The translations under genes were made by a program, and so were the position numbers. DNA of 64,000 nt, from the IMG/VR virus record IMGVR_UViG_3300013014_000028; one strand, written 5' to 3'. Below are positions 10,788 through 20,752 of this stretch, in pieces. How positions within the stretch are numbered: the first letter of the stretch is position 1; each line of letters starts with the position of its first letter. Source of the DNA: an uncultured virus (IMG/VR IMGVR_UViG_3300013014_000028). Its lineage: Duplodnaviria; Heunggongvirae; Uroviricota; Caudoviricetes. The notes below the pieces were generated by a model, which did not search any database, was not told the DNA's origin, and saw nothing but the letters and a program-made list of their open reading frames with translations.

Positions 10788-11534
10788 ATGAATAATTTTG
10801 ACATTGGTATTACCACATTTTCATTACGATATGATTTTGTTGAGTCATTAGTAAAAAGTATTCGAACTTTAGGTGTTGATAATAATATATTTATATGCAT
10901 TAATGGAGAAAAGGATTCAAACTTTTCTGAAGAATATAGACAAAAAATGTTATCACTATGTCTTAATTATAAAAATGTATTTCCAATATTTTTTGTTGAG
11001 ACAAGAGGATTATCAAAGATGTGGAATACGTTATTAATACATTCAACTAAAGATGATTTGTTAATATTAAATGATGACATCAATGTTACTTCTAATAATA
11101 TGTTTGAAGTGGTTTCCACCCACATTAAAACACCTGAATATTTTGGATTAAGTATAATTAATAATACATTCTCCTTTTTTGTTATTAACAAAAAATTTGT
11201 TGATGAGTTAGGGTATTTTGATGAACGATTACTTGGTTTTGGTGAAGAAGACGGTGATATTATGTATCGATTAAATAAACAAAAAGGAAGAAGGGTTTTT
11301 CGATTAAACGCTGATGGTCTTGAAAATATTGTATCAGATATAAGACACGAACACATAAAAAGTGGTGTGGGTAAATATTCTTTTTTTAATAGGGATTATA
11401 TTTTTAACCAAAAATATAAATGTAATGGGGATATTTATTTTTTTCCTGAAGAGATAGAATGTGAACAACTATTAGATGATATCCAATTATATCCATATGA
11501 AAAATTTTTTATAGAAAATAAAAATAATTTATGA
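10788..11534 (+). CDS. GT-A fold glycosyltransferase (GT2-like), paralog 1
   Basis: IGITTF, GLSKMWN, LILNDD, GYFDERLLGFGEEDGD. Confidence 0.8.
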   Translation: MNNFDIGITTFSLRYDFVESLVKSIRTLGVDNNIFICINGEKDSNFSEEYRQKMLSLCLNYKNVFPIFFVETRGLSKMWNTLLIHSTKDDLLILNDDINVTSNNMFEVVSTHIKTPEYFGLSIINNTFSFFVINKKFVDELGYFDERLLGFGEEDGDIMYRLNKQKGRRVFRLNADGLENIVSDIRHEHIKSGVGKYSFFNRDYIFNQKYKCNGDIYFFPEEIECEQLLDDIQLYPYEKFFIENKNNL

Positions 11535-12283
11535 TTGAAAGTAAATTTTCTATAGGTATAACAACTTTTTCGAAAAGATTTTCTTATGTAGAAACATTAG
11601 TAAGTCAATTAAGAACTTACACAGATGCCGATATATTAATATCAGTAAATGGTGATTATAATAAAAATTTTAATAACGAATATAGGAAAAAAATATTATC
11701 ACTTTGTACCAATCATGATAATATTTATCCAATTTTTTTTCCAGAACAAAGGGGATTAGCAAAATTGTGGAATACTTTAATAGTTCATTCTAAAACAGAT
11801 TGGTGTTTATTAATGAATGATGATGTAGAAGTTCTTTCCGCCGATTTTGATTTATTTGGTCAAAATGATTTAACTGAAACCCCTGATTTACTTAGGATTA
11901 ATGGTTCTTTTTCTCATTTTTTTATTCACAAAAAATTAATTGATGATTTAGGTTATTTTGATGAAAGATTATTAGGTTTTGGAGATGAAGATGGTGATAT
12001 TACGTATAGATATATTGAAAAATATAATAAATGGATAAAAGACACTTATATTCATGGAATTAATAATTTAGTGATAGATATAAGGGATGAAGAAATAAAA
12101 TGTGTTAATAACAAATATTCGGCGTTTAACTCTGATTTTTGTTTTTTTATGGAAAATTCTAAATATGTTACCGACCCAAATGGTATTGTGTGTTGTTTTG
12201 TTCCGACAAAGAAAAAAAATCTATTAGATATAAATTTATATCCATATGAAAAATTTTTTAGAGAAAATAAACATAAGTTATAA
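11531..12283 (+). CDS. GT-A fold glycosyltransferase (GT2-like), paralog 2
   Basis: IGITTF, GLAKLWN, LLMNDD, GYFDERLLGFGDEDGD; colinear with the preceding gene. Confidence 0.8.
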   Translation: MIESKFSIGITTFSKRFSYVETLVSQLRTYTDADILISVNGDYNKNFNNEYRKKILSLCTNHDNIYPIFFPEQRGLAKLWNTLIVHSKTDWCLLMNDDVEVLSADFDLFGQNDLTETPDLLRINGSFSHFFIHKKLIDDLGYFDERLLGFGDEDGDITYRYIEKYNKWIKDTYIHGINNLVIDIRDEEIKCVNNKYSAFNSDFCFFMENSKYVTDPNGIVCCFVPTKKKNLLDINLYPYEKFFRENKHKL

Positions 12284-12355
12284 TACCTTTTATTACTCTT
12301 TAAAAATCATATGATTAAAATAAAATAAAATAAATAATAACACAAATTAAAGATA

Positions 12356-12895
12356 ATGGCCCACGTAGCACAACAAGAATTTTTTAAAAAGGTTAAAGAA
12401 CAATTTCCTGAAAGATTTAAAAATTGTTCAGTTTTAGACATAGGTTCTTTAGACTTAAACGGTAACAATAGGTATCTATTTGAAGATTATACCTATATTG
12501 GTGTTGATGTTGGTGTAGGTCCAAATGTTGATATTGTGAGTAAAGGACACGAGTATAAATCAGATGAACAATACGATATTGTTATAAGTTCAGAATGTTT
12601 TGAGCATGATATGTATTACGCTGAAACAATTAAAAATTGTATATCATTAACTAAACCTAATGGACTTTTTACATTCACCTGCGCATCAACTGGTAGAGGT
12701 GAGCATGGAACAAGAAGAACAAATCCACATGACGCCCCATTTTTGAATGAAATAGAAGGTTGGAGTGATTATTATAAAAACTTAACAGAAAGTGACATAC
12801 GAGAAGTAATTGATATTGAAAGTCATTTTTCTGAACTTTTATTTCAATATAATGGAGGTTCTTACGATTTATATTTTTGGGGAATAAAAAAATAA
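12356..12895 (+). CDS. Class I SAM-dependent methyltransferase
   Basis: VLDIGS motif I, YIGVD, YDIVISSECFEHD, LTKPNG. Confidence 0.85.
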   Translation: MAHVAQQEFFKKVKEQFPERFKNCSVLDIGSLDLNGNNRYLFEDYTYIGVDVGVGPNVDIVSKGHEYKSDEQYDIVISSECFEHDMYYAETIKNCISLTKPNGLFTFTCASTGRGEHGTRRTNPHDAPFLNEIEGWSDYYKNLTESDIREVIDIESHFSELLFQYNGGSYDLYFWGIKK

Positions 12896-12909
12896 AAAAA
12901 AAATAATCT

Positions 12910-13845
12910 ATGATTAAAATAAAATTAGAATGTTGGTGGACTGATACTTTATCATTAAACACAAGAATGATTAGACAATTCGTACCAAGTGCTGATTTAA
13001 TAGATTATTCACTTGTTACTGAAAATCCGGACTACACAATAGTATTTGGTAGAACTGATTGGGATAAAATCGAGACTCCAAAAGAAAAAACTTTTTATGT
13101 CTCACAGGAACCTTTATGGTCTCCAAATCAACCGAAAGATGGTATACACGATTACTGTTCAAAAATATTAATATCTGATAAATTAGAGTATCCTGATAGA
13201 GAAGAATACATAGAAACATTATTACCAATGTTTTATGCGGGTCGAGGAGAAAATGACCATAGAGAAGAATGGGATTGGTCTTCTAAATTAAAAGATAAGG
13301 GATATTCAAAAAACAAGTCAGTTTCAATCATAGTTAGAAAAGATACTTATAGTCATTACAATCATTTACAGAATCAAAATACTAATAAAATAAATTATGA
13401 AGAAAGAACCAATTTAGGTATTGAATTATCTAAAGATAACAGGATTGATGTTTACGGAACTTATTGGGTATCTAATGGTGAAAATATTAAAGGAGAGGTT
13501 TGGAACAAACATGTTGGTCTTGATGACTATAAATTTTCCGTGGCTTGTGAAAACACCATCCAAAAAAATTATATTAGTGAAAAATTTTGGGATGCGGTTT
13601 TAACAAACACCATTCCAATTTATTTAGGATGTTCCAACATTAATGAATTAATACCCGATAATTGTTATATCTCTCTCAATGACATGACTATGGATGAAAT
13701 GGTTAATAAAGTTAAGTCTATTGTGGATAACGAATCAAACCTATATGAACAATACTCTGACAACATAAAAAAATTAAAAGAAGATTTTTTCATAAATCCT
13801 AAATATAATATTTGGGAAAGAATTAAATTACTGGTGAATGAATAG
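12910..13845 (+). CDS. GT10 alpha-1,3/4-fucosyltransferase-like protein
   Basis: YKFSVACENTIQKNYISEKFWDAVLTNTIPIYLG is the GT10 signature. Confidence 0.85.
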   Translation: MIKIKLECWWTDTLSLNTRMIRQFVPSADLIDYSLVTENPDYTIVFGRTDWDKIETPKEKTFYVSQEPLWSPNQPKDGIHDYCSKILISDKLEYPDREEYIETLLPMFYAGRGENDHREEWDWSSKLKDKGYSKNKSVSIIVRKDTYSHYNHLQNQNTNKINYEERTNLGIELSKDNRIDVYGTYWVSNGENIKGEVWNKHVGLDDYKFSVACENTIQKNYISEKFWDAVLTNTIPIYLGCSNINELIPDNCYISLNDMTMDEMVNKVKSIVDNESNLYEQYSDNIKKLKEDFFINPKYNIWERIKLLVNE

Positions 13846-14563
13846 TATTTCATTGAACATGAAATTTTGGGATGATGGTCAACCCGACTCAACCAGAATA
13901 AGAAACGTTAATTTTTCTTGGAAGGAATTAAAAAAATTGTCAAGTTATCTTAATTCAAACGGTATTACCGCTGAAGCATCTTTATATGATTTTTCACCCG
14001 AGCAAATAATTTCAGATTCAATTCATATTTCATATCCTTTAGGTGTTTATAAAAAATCAGAAAAAACTAACATAATTCTAAAAGATAAGCAAAACTATGA
14101 TTTTTTTATGGTAATTGATTGCGATGCTTTCTTCCATGAACAAGATTACGAAAAACTTTTGGAATTAATTAAATCCTTAGATAAAGGAGACGTTTGTACT
14201 TTTGATTTAGCAAAATTAAATGACAATGTTTCGGATTATGTTATTGATGATAAATTTATCATTGAAAAGGCAGATTGGTCTTATGCGTATTCAGGAGCCA
14301 AAGAAAATGGTCCATTAAGACATCATACCGGTGGATTAGGTGGTGTTTACATTTCCGATACTAATTTACTAACATCTTTGGGTGGGTTTGATGAAAAATA
14401 TGTTGGGTGGGGTGCCGAGGATGGAGATATGATGGGTAGAATTTACTATTCAGTAATTCCTCATAAAATTAAACCAACGAATAATTTTGCACCATTTCAT
14501 TTACCTCATTTTTCGGATTGGGGTAATAAAAATTATTCACAAAGATTTACAGAAAATATATGA
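13838..14563 (+). CDS. GT-A glycosyltransferase with a GT7-like C-terminal motif
   Basis: DCD (DxD) motif; GGFDEKYVGWGAEDGD. Confidence 0.75.
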   Translation: MNSISLNMKFWDDGQPDSTRIRNVNFSWKELKKLSSYLNSNGITAEASLYDFSPEQIISDSIHISYPLGVYKKSEKTNIILKDKQNYDFFMVIDCDAFFHEQDYEKLLELIKSLDKGDVCTFDLAKLNDNVSDYVIDDKFIIEKADWSYAYSGAKENGPLRHHTGGLGGVYISDTNLLTSLGGFDEKYVGWGAEDGDMMGRIYYSVIPHKIKPTNNFAPFHLPHFSDWGNKNYSQRFTENI

Positions 14564-15441
14564 AAATTAAATTTATAACATCGATTTATAGTGATTTACA
14601 CGGAACTGAATTTGGCGGTAGACCAAATAGAGGAAGTCATTATAGGTATAGTTTATTGTCATTACTTAAAATGACAGATGCCGATTTTTTATGTTATACT
14701 TCAGACAGAGAAATTAATGATTTAATTAAATTTTTCTATGAAGATAATGGTATTTCGTCAGATAAATTAAAACTTGAGGTTTTTGATATTGGTAATACAA
14801 AATTCAAAGACCTTATATCACAACACAAAAATATTGAGGAGGTTAAACATTCTGATAGATGTATTGAAGTACAATATAGTAAATTTCATTGGTGGTGGAA
14901 TGAAGATAAAAGTTATGATTATTATTATTGGATTGACGCAGGATTATCTCATTGTGGGTTAATACCTGATAAATATTTGACTGAGGTTGGCCCAATGAGA
15001 TGTTATTATGAAAGCAATTTATTTAACAATACTTTTTTAAAGAATTTAATAGAAGATACTGGTGATAAATTTATTCTTTTGGGTAAAGAAAATGATAGAA
15101 ATTATTGGTCAGGAACTGTAGACCAAAAATGGTATACAAATTATGATAGGAGTATTCATATAGTTGGTGGTCTTTTTGGTGGTCACCGAGATAAATGGGA
15201 TAATATTGTTAATATATTCGAAAATTATTTAGAAAAACTACTAACAACTGAAAAAGTAACTTACCATGAGGAAGTTATTATGACATTAATGTATTTCAAT
15301 CACAAAGAACTTTTTGAACGTAAACATTTTGATATTTGGTGGTTTAAGGGTAATTCACCTGCAGGGGTATCAGATGAGATGTTTGAAACAAATAAAAGTT
15401 TTTATAAAATATTAGAAGAATTTAATAGAATTTATGAGTAA
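14560..15441 (+). CDS. HtrL/YibB-like putative glycosyltransferase
   Basis: YSKF, YYWIDAG, IVGGLFGG, HEEVIM; resembles the N-terminal domain of the next gene. Confidence 0.6.
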   Translation: MKIKFITSIYSDLHGTEFGGRPNRGSHYRYSLLSLLKMTDADFLCYTSDREINDLIKFFYEDNGISSDKLKLEVFDIGNTKFKDLISQHKNIEEVKHSDRCIEVQYSKFHWWWNEDKSYDYYYWIDAGLSHCGLIPDKYLTEVGPMRCYYESNLFNNTFLKNLIEDTGDKFILLGKENDRNYWSGTVDQKWYTNYDRSIHIVGGLFGGHRDKWDNIVNIFENYLEKLLTTEKVTYHEEVIMTLMYFNHKELFERKHFDIWWFKGNSPAGVSDEMFETNKSFYKILEEFNRIYE

Positions 15442-17104
15442 TATAACTTTAGTAACCGGTATATGGAATATCGGCAGAGACGGATTACAAGAAGGATGGT
15501 CAAGACCATTCCAACATTATTTGGACAAGTTTTCACAATTATTGGATGTTGAATCTAACATGATAATTTTTGGTGACGAAGAATTAAAAGATTTTGTTTT
15601 TAGTAAAAGAAGTAGAGAAAACACTCAATTTATTACAAGACCATTAGAGTGGTTTAAAGATAATGAGTTTTTTGACATGATTCAAAAAATAAGAACTAAC
15701 GAATCTTGGTCAAACCAAGTTGGTTGGTTAAAAGAATCTACACAAGCAAGATTAGAAAATTATAACCCTCTTGTAATGTCCAAAGTATTTTTACTTAACG
15801 ACGCTAAAATTATGGACCAATTCAATTCAGAATATTTGTTTTGGATTGATGGAGGTTTAACAAATACCGTTCACCCCGGTTATTTTACTCACGATAAAGT
15901 CTTGGATAAATTATCTAAACATATTTCCAAGTTTTCATTCGTTTGTTTCCCATACGATGCTGAGAATGAGATTCACGGGTTTGAATACAACAAATTAAAT
16001 TCAATTGCTGGTGATAAAGTAACAAAAGTTGCTAGAGGTGGTTTCTTCGGGGGACCTAAAGATTCTATTAGCGACATTAATGGAATTTACTATTCATTAT
16101 TAAAGACAACCTTAGATGAAGGATATATGGGTACTGAAGAATCTATTTTCAGTATTATGTGTTATAAACATTCTGATATTATAAATTACTTTGAGATTGA
16201 ATCAAATGGTTTAATTGGTAGGTTTTTTGAGGATTTAAAAAACGATACCCTTAAAACTAGAAACGAAACTAAGGTTGTTGTTACAAATAATTTGGATACG
16301 AATAAAGTCGGACTATATGTTATAACATTTAACAGCCCAAACCAATTAAGAACTTTAATTAAATCGATGACTGAGTATGATAAAGATTACTTACTCAAAA
16401 CTGAAAAGTTTTTATTAGACAACTCTTCTGACGAATCTACGTTTGAAGAATATGCAAAACTTTGTGAAGAACATAACTTTACTCATATCAAAAAAGATAA
16501 TTTGGGAATATGTGGTGGAAGACAGTGGATTGCCGAACATTTTGAAACAACAGATTTAGATTATTATTTATTCTTTGAAGATGATATGTTTTTTTTTCCT
16601 AATGAAGGAGTTTGTAGAAACGGATTCAATAGATTTGTTCCAAACCTATACACTAAGTCATTAGAGGTTATGAAAAAAGAAAATTTTGATTTCTTAAAAC
16701 TTAATTACTCAGAGTTTTACGGAGACAATGGGACTCAATGGTCTTGGTATAACGTACCACAAAGTGTTAGAGAACAATTTTGGCCAGGTAAAAATAGATT
16801 ACCTGTTCAAGGGTTAGACCCAAATGCACCGAAAACTAAATTTGATGCTGTCTTATCGCATAAAGGAATGCCTTATGCTGTAGGTGAAGTTTATTATTGT
16901 AATTGGCCTCAGATAGTTAGTAGACCCGGAAATCAAAAGATGTTCTTAGACACAACATGGGCACACCCATTCGAACAAACATGGATGAGTCATATGTATC
17001 AGTTAGTTAAAAAAGATGAATTATATCCTGGATTATTACTTTTAACCCCAACTGAACATAATAGATTCGAACATTATGACGGGGGTCTTCGTAAAGAGTC
17101 ATAA
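15434..17104 (+). CDS. Two-domain glycosyltransferase (HtrL/YibB-like plus GT-A)
   Basis: N-domain ITLVTGIWNIGR, SKVF, FWIDGG, GGFFGG, TEESIF; C-domain YVITFN, NLGICGGR, YLFFEDD. Confidence 0.7.
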   Translation: MSNITLVTGIWNIGRDGLQEGWSRPFQHYLDKFSQLLDVESNMIIFGDEELKDFVFSKRSRENTQFITRPLEWFKDNEFFDMIQKIRTNESWSNQVGWLKESTQARLENYNPLVMSKVFLLNDAKIMDQFNSEYLFWIDGGLTNTVHPGYFTHDKVLDKLSKHISKFSFVCFPYDAENEIHGFEYNKLNSIAGDKVTKVARGGFFGGPKDSISDINGIYYSLLKTTLDEGYMGTEESIFSIMCYKHSDIINYFEIESNGLIGRFFEDLKNDTLKTRNETKVVVTNNLDTNKVGLYVITFNSPNQLRTLIKSMTEYDKDYLLKTEKFLLDNSSDESTFEEYAKLCEEHNFTHIKKDNLGICGGRQWIAEHFETTDLDYYLFFEDDMFFFPNEGVCRNGFNRFVPNLYTKSLEVMKKENFDFLKLNYSEFYGDNGTQWSWYNVPQSVREQFWPGKNRLPVQGLDPNAPKTKFDAVLSHKGMPYAVGEVYYCNWPQIVSRPGNQKMFLDTTWAHPFEQTWMSHMYQLVKKDELYPGLLLLTPTEHNRFEHYDGGLRKES

Positions 17105-17120
17105 CAATATATTTATTGTT

Positions 17121-17498
17121 ATGGAATTTTATATTAAGAAAAATGCAACCTTACCTGTTTTAAAAATGCAGGTAGTCAAAGACGGGAGAGCTGGCTATAT
17201 CCAATTGATGCAAGATTTGGAAGTATCGACTATTTTCTTTTCAATGGTTGATGTTTACAATGGTATCCCAAAAATTATAGACGCACCTTGTGGTATTGTT
17301 CCTTTAGATTTACCTGCAGGGTCACCGCCAGAATATTACATATATTTTCAATTTACAGAAAGAGATACTAATACACCTGGTAGATATCAAGGAGAGTTTT
17401 TAATCAAGAATGATGAAGGTAATTTAATATTACCAATAAGAGAAGATGTTTATATTAATGTTCAAGATAGTTTTTCTTCGGTAAATCCTTGTTGTTAA
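17121..17498 (+). CDS. Small structural-type protein (BppU N-terminal-like); start revised to 17121
   Basis: MEFYIKKNATLPVLKMQV...YQGEF. The TATTTATT motif at 17110-17117 lies 3 nt before ATG 17121, and this start avoids overlap with the upstream gene. Confidence 0.6.
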   Translation: MEFYIKKNATLPVLKMQVVKDGRAGYIQLMQDLEVSTIFFSMVDVYNGIPKIIDAPCGIVPLDLPAGSPPEYYIYFQFTERDTNTPGRYQGEFLIKNDEGNLILPIREDVYINVQDSFSSVNPCC

Positions 17499-17532
17499 TT
17501 TGATTCGTTGAGATGGTTTTTTTATATTTATA
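17499..17532 (+). promoter_or_regulatory. Bacteroidota-like promoter of the DNA polymerase gene
   Basis: TTTG (17499-17502)-N20-TATATTTA (17523-17530). Confidence 0.6.
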
Positions 17533-17587
17533 AAGGAAGGTAAATTTCACATGTTGTGAAAGCTAATAAACCACTTAAAAATATATT

Positions 17588-20368
17588 ATGATATCTAACG
17601 AAGAAATTGAATCGTTTTTGCACGGAAGCGACCCCGAAGAATTTATTGTCGCAATTGAATTTGACTACGCATCCAACTCCATTTACAAGATTAAGGAGAT
17701 TCCTGGTAAGGGAAAAGAAATCAGAAAAGACACATTCATTCCATTTGCTTGGGTTGGTGATTTAAAAGGTCTTAAATTTTACAACGATTCTAAAACCGCT
17801 CAAAAAGAAGCCATGACCAAATATGGTATTATGATTGAGAGTCTTGAAACATCAGGAAATGAAAGACTTAAAAAAGGATTAACTTTTATGGTTAAATCCC
17901 TCAAAGGTTATAGAGAACTTATTCAGTTCTTTAGAGACGGAGGATGTGACCCTTGGGGTGACAAAACGAAAGACAAAATAACAATTCTACCTCCTGTAGA
18001 ACAATACCTTATCTCAAAAGAAAAAAGATTATTCAAAGGGTTTGAAGATTACAATCAAGTAACAAGACTTGTGTATGACTTGGAAACTACATCTCTTGAA
18101 CCAACAGACGGTCGTATCTTTATGATTGGAATTAAAACCAATAAAGGATATCATAAGGTCATTGAGTGTATGGATGAGTCTCAAGAGAGAGGTGCTATCA
18201 TTGAGTTTTTCAATATAATAGATGAGATAAAACCAAGTATTATTGGTGGTTATAACTCCGCAAACTTTGATTGGCATTGGATATTTGAAAGATGTAGAAT
18301 CTTAAAGATTGACCCCAAAAAGGTCTGTAAATCTCTCCATCCCCAACATTCATTCACAAGGAAAGATAGTATGTTAAAGTTGGCGAATGAGGTAGAATCT
18401 TATGTTCAAACCTCAATATGGGGATATAATGTGATTGATATTATCCACGCAGTAAGAAGAGCTCAGGCAATTAATTCAAGTATCAAAGCAGCAGGTTTGA
18501 AGTATATTACCAAATATATTGACGCAGAAGCACCTGACCGTGTGTACATTCAACATTTGGATATTGGAAAGATGTATTTAAACAAAGAAGAGTTTTGGTT
18601 AAATATTCAAAATGGTAACTACAGAAAAGTAGGTATTGACCCAAGTATTGATTCCGTTTGTGAAAAGAGAACTGATGTTTATATTAAAACAACTGGAGAT
18701 AATATTGTTGAGAGATACCTTGATGATGATTTGGATGAAACATTAAAGGTTGACCAAGAGTTTAATCAGGGTTCATTCCTACTTGCTGCGATGATTCCAA
18801 CAACCTATGAGAGGGTATCAACAATGGGTACCGCAACATTATGGAAGATGTTGATGTTGGCTTGGTCTTATAAACATGGACTTGCCATTCCTGCCAAAGA
18901 AGATAAGACTGACTTCGTAGGAGGTCTTTCTAGACTACTTAAGGTTGGGTATAGTAAGAATGTACTTAAGTTGGACTTCTCGTCTCTATACCCCTCAATT
19001 CAGCTCGTACACGATGTTTTCCCTGAGTGTGATGTTACAGGTGCGATGAAAGGAATGTTAAAGTGGTTTCGTGATACCCGTATTAAATATAAAGAACTTG
19101 CGGAGCATTATTATGAAACGGATAAAAAGAAGTCAGAATCATATGGTCATAAACAATTACCAATTAAAATATTCATTAACTCCATGTTCGGAGCGTTGTC
19201 CGCTCCACAGGTTTATGCTTGGGGGGACATGTATATGGGAGAACAGATTACTTGTACAGGTAGACAATATCTTCGTCAGATGATTAGGTTCTTTACATCA
19301 AAAGGCTATACACCACTTGTAATGGATACTGATGGTGTAAACTTTTCAAGTCCTGACGATGTTGATAATAGAAAGTATGTTGGTCGTGGTTTGAACTGGA
19401 AGGTTAAGTTAGGTAAAGAATATACGGGACCTGAGGCCGATGTTGCAGAATATAATGATATCTTCATGAGGGGTGAGATGGCTCTTGACACTGATGGTGT
19501 TTGGCCTTCATGTATTAACTTGGCTCGTAAGAATTATGCGGTTATGGATTCCAAAGGAAAGATTAAACTTACAGGTAACAGTATTAAGTCAAAGAAACTA
19601 CCACTTTATATTGAGGAGTTTTTGGATAAGGGAGTTAAAATGTTATTGGAAGGTGATGGAAAATCTTTTGTAGAATATTACTACGAGTACCTACAAAAGA
19701 TATATGACAAAAAAGTTCCTTTGTCTAAAATTGCACAAAGGGCAAAAGTTAAATTAACTCTTGATGATTATAAGAAAAGGTTAACTACCAAAACTAAGGC
19801 AGGTAATAGTATGTCCCGAATGGCGCATATGGAATTGGCAATCAAAGAAAACCTAAATGTTAATTTGGGTGATGTGATAATGTATGTTAACAACGGAACT
19901 AAAGCTTCACAAGGAGATGTACAAAAGATGACCGCTAAACAAATTAAAGATACAAACGCAGTTTTATTACACGAGAATTCAAGAGCAAAATTAATTACGG
20001 ACGGTGTTATGATTAATTGTTATATGTTGAAAGCGGATATTCTTGAAACAAATCCTGATTTAACGGGAGACTATAATGTACCAAGAGCGGTTACAACATT
20101 TAACAAAAGAATTGAACCTTTATTGGTGGTGTTTAAAGATGAGGTTAGAGATGGATTGATTGTTGACAAACCTGAAGACAGGGGAATATTTACAACAGCT
20201 CAATGCGAATTAATTAATGGTAAGCCATTTGAAGAAAGTGACCAAGATAGTTTAGAAGAAGTTATGTCTCTCTCTGAAGGTGAATTAAGTTATTGGGAGA
20301 AAAGAGGTCTTAATTCTGACTATATGTATGAATTGGCCGAAGAAGGGTGGGAAGAACACCTTAACTAA
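17588..20368 (+). CDS. polB: Family B DNA polymerase with 3'-5' exonuclease
   Basis: Exo I YDLET, Exo II GYNSANFD, motif A LDFSSLYPS, motif B KIFINSMFG, motif C MDTDG. Confidence 0.95.
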   Translation: MISNEEIESFLHGSDPEEFIVAIEFDYASNSIYKIKEIPGKGKEIRKDTFIPFAWVGDLKGLKFYNDSKTAQKEAMTKYGIMIESLETSGNERLKKGLTFMVKSLKGYRELIQFFRDGGCDPWGDKTKDKITILPPVEQYLISKEKRLFKGFEDYNQVTRLVYDLETTSLEPTDGRIFMIGIKTNKGYHKVIECMDESQERGAIIEFFNIIDEIKPSIIGGYNSANFDWHWIFERCRILKIDPKKVCKSLHPQHSFTRKDSMLKLANEVESYVQTSIWGYNVIDIIHAVRRAQAINSSIKAAGLKYITKYIDAEAPDRVYIQHLDIGKMYLNKEEFWLNIQNGNYRKVGIDPSIDSVCEKRTDVYIKTTGDNIVERYLDDDLDETLKVDQEFNQGSFLLAAMIPTTYERVSTMGTATLWKMLMLAWSYKHGLAIPAKEDKTDFVGGLSRLLKVGYSKNVLKLDFSSLYPSIQLVHDVFPECDVTGAMKGMLKWFRDTRIKYKELAEHYYETDKKKSESYGHKQLPIKIFINSMFGALSAPQVYAWGDMYMGEQITCTGRQYLRQMIRFFTSKGYTPLVMDTDGVNFSSPDDVDNRKYVGRGLNWKVKLGKEYTGPEADVAEYNDIFMRGEMALDTDGVWPSCINLARKNYAVMDSKGKIKLTGNSIKSKKLPLYIEEFLDKGVKMLLEGDGKSFVEYYYEYLQKIYDKKVPLSKIAQRAKVKLTLDDYKKRLTTKTKAGNSMSRMAHMELAIKENLNVNLGDVIMYVNNGTKASQGDVQKMTAKQIKDTNAVLLHENSRAKLITDGVMINCYMLKADILETNPDLTGDYNVPRAVTTFNKRIEPLLVVFKDEVRDGLIVDKPEDRGIFTTAQCELINGKPFEESDQDSLEEVMSLSEGELSYWEKRGLNSDYMYELAEEGWEEHLN

Positions 20369-20371
20369 AAG

Positions 20372-20408
20372 AAAAAAGGAATATGTTTTTTTTACATATT
20401 CCTTTTTT
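20372..20408. terminator. Bidirectional intrinsic terminator between convergent genes
   Basis: AAAAAAGGAATATGT-T7-ACATATTCCTTTTTT perfect inverted repeat. Confidence 0.85.
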
Positions 20409-20744
20409 TTATGATTGTTTTAATCCGTCCGATGATAAAATATACCAACTACCACCACAAAATCTGAACTCAATACAAGCCCCTCTATCTGCCTCAATTT
20501 CATCAAACTCTTCATCAATTTTTCCAACATCTGGTGTAATAGTAATTTTAGTTAAAGCCTTAATTACTGTATGGTCTGTTGTCCTTGAATCTAAAACAAT
20601 TCTAGAAAACAGTACATCTTTAACAACAACACAATCTTCACCTTGTGTTCTGTAATCCGTTTCAGATACAATAGATACTTCTGATGTGTTTAATATTCTT
20701 CCGTGAATAATTCTTTGCGAGGGTATACTTTTAATGATTGCCAT
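20409..20744 (-). CDS. Hypothetical small beta-rich protein
   Basis: 111-aa ORF directly downstream of the neck gene. Confidence 0.7.
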   Translation of the reverse strand: MAIIKSIPSQRIIHGRILNTSEVSIVSETDYRTQGEDCVVVKDVLFSRIVLDSRTTDHTVIKALTKITITPDVGKIDEEFDEIEADRGACIEFRFCGGSWYILSSDGLKQS

Positions 20745-20752
20745 AATAACAA

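Noticed and set aside
20383..20655. Plus-strand 90-aa ORF and other short track ORFs nested in long genes
   Set aside because: This ORF starts inside a terminator and is antisense to a better gene. The other nested ORFs lack recognisable motifs, starts or promoter signals.
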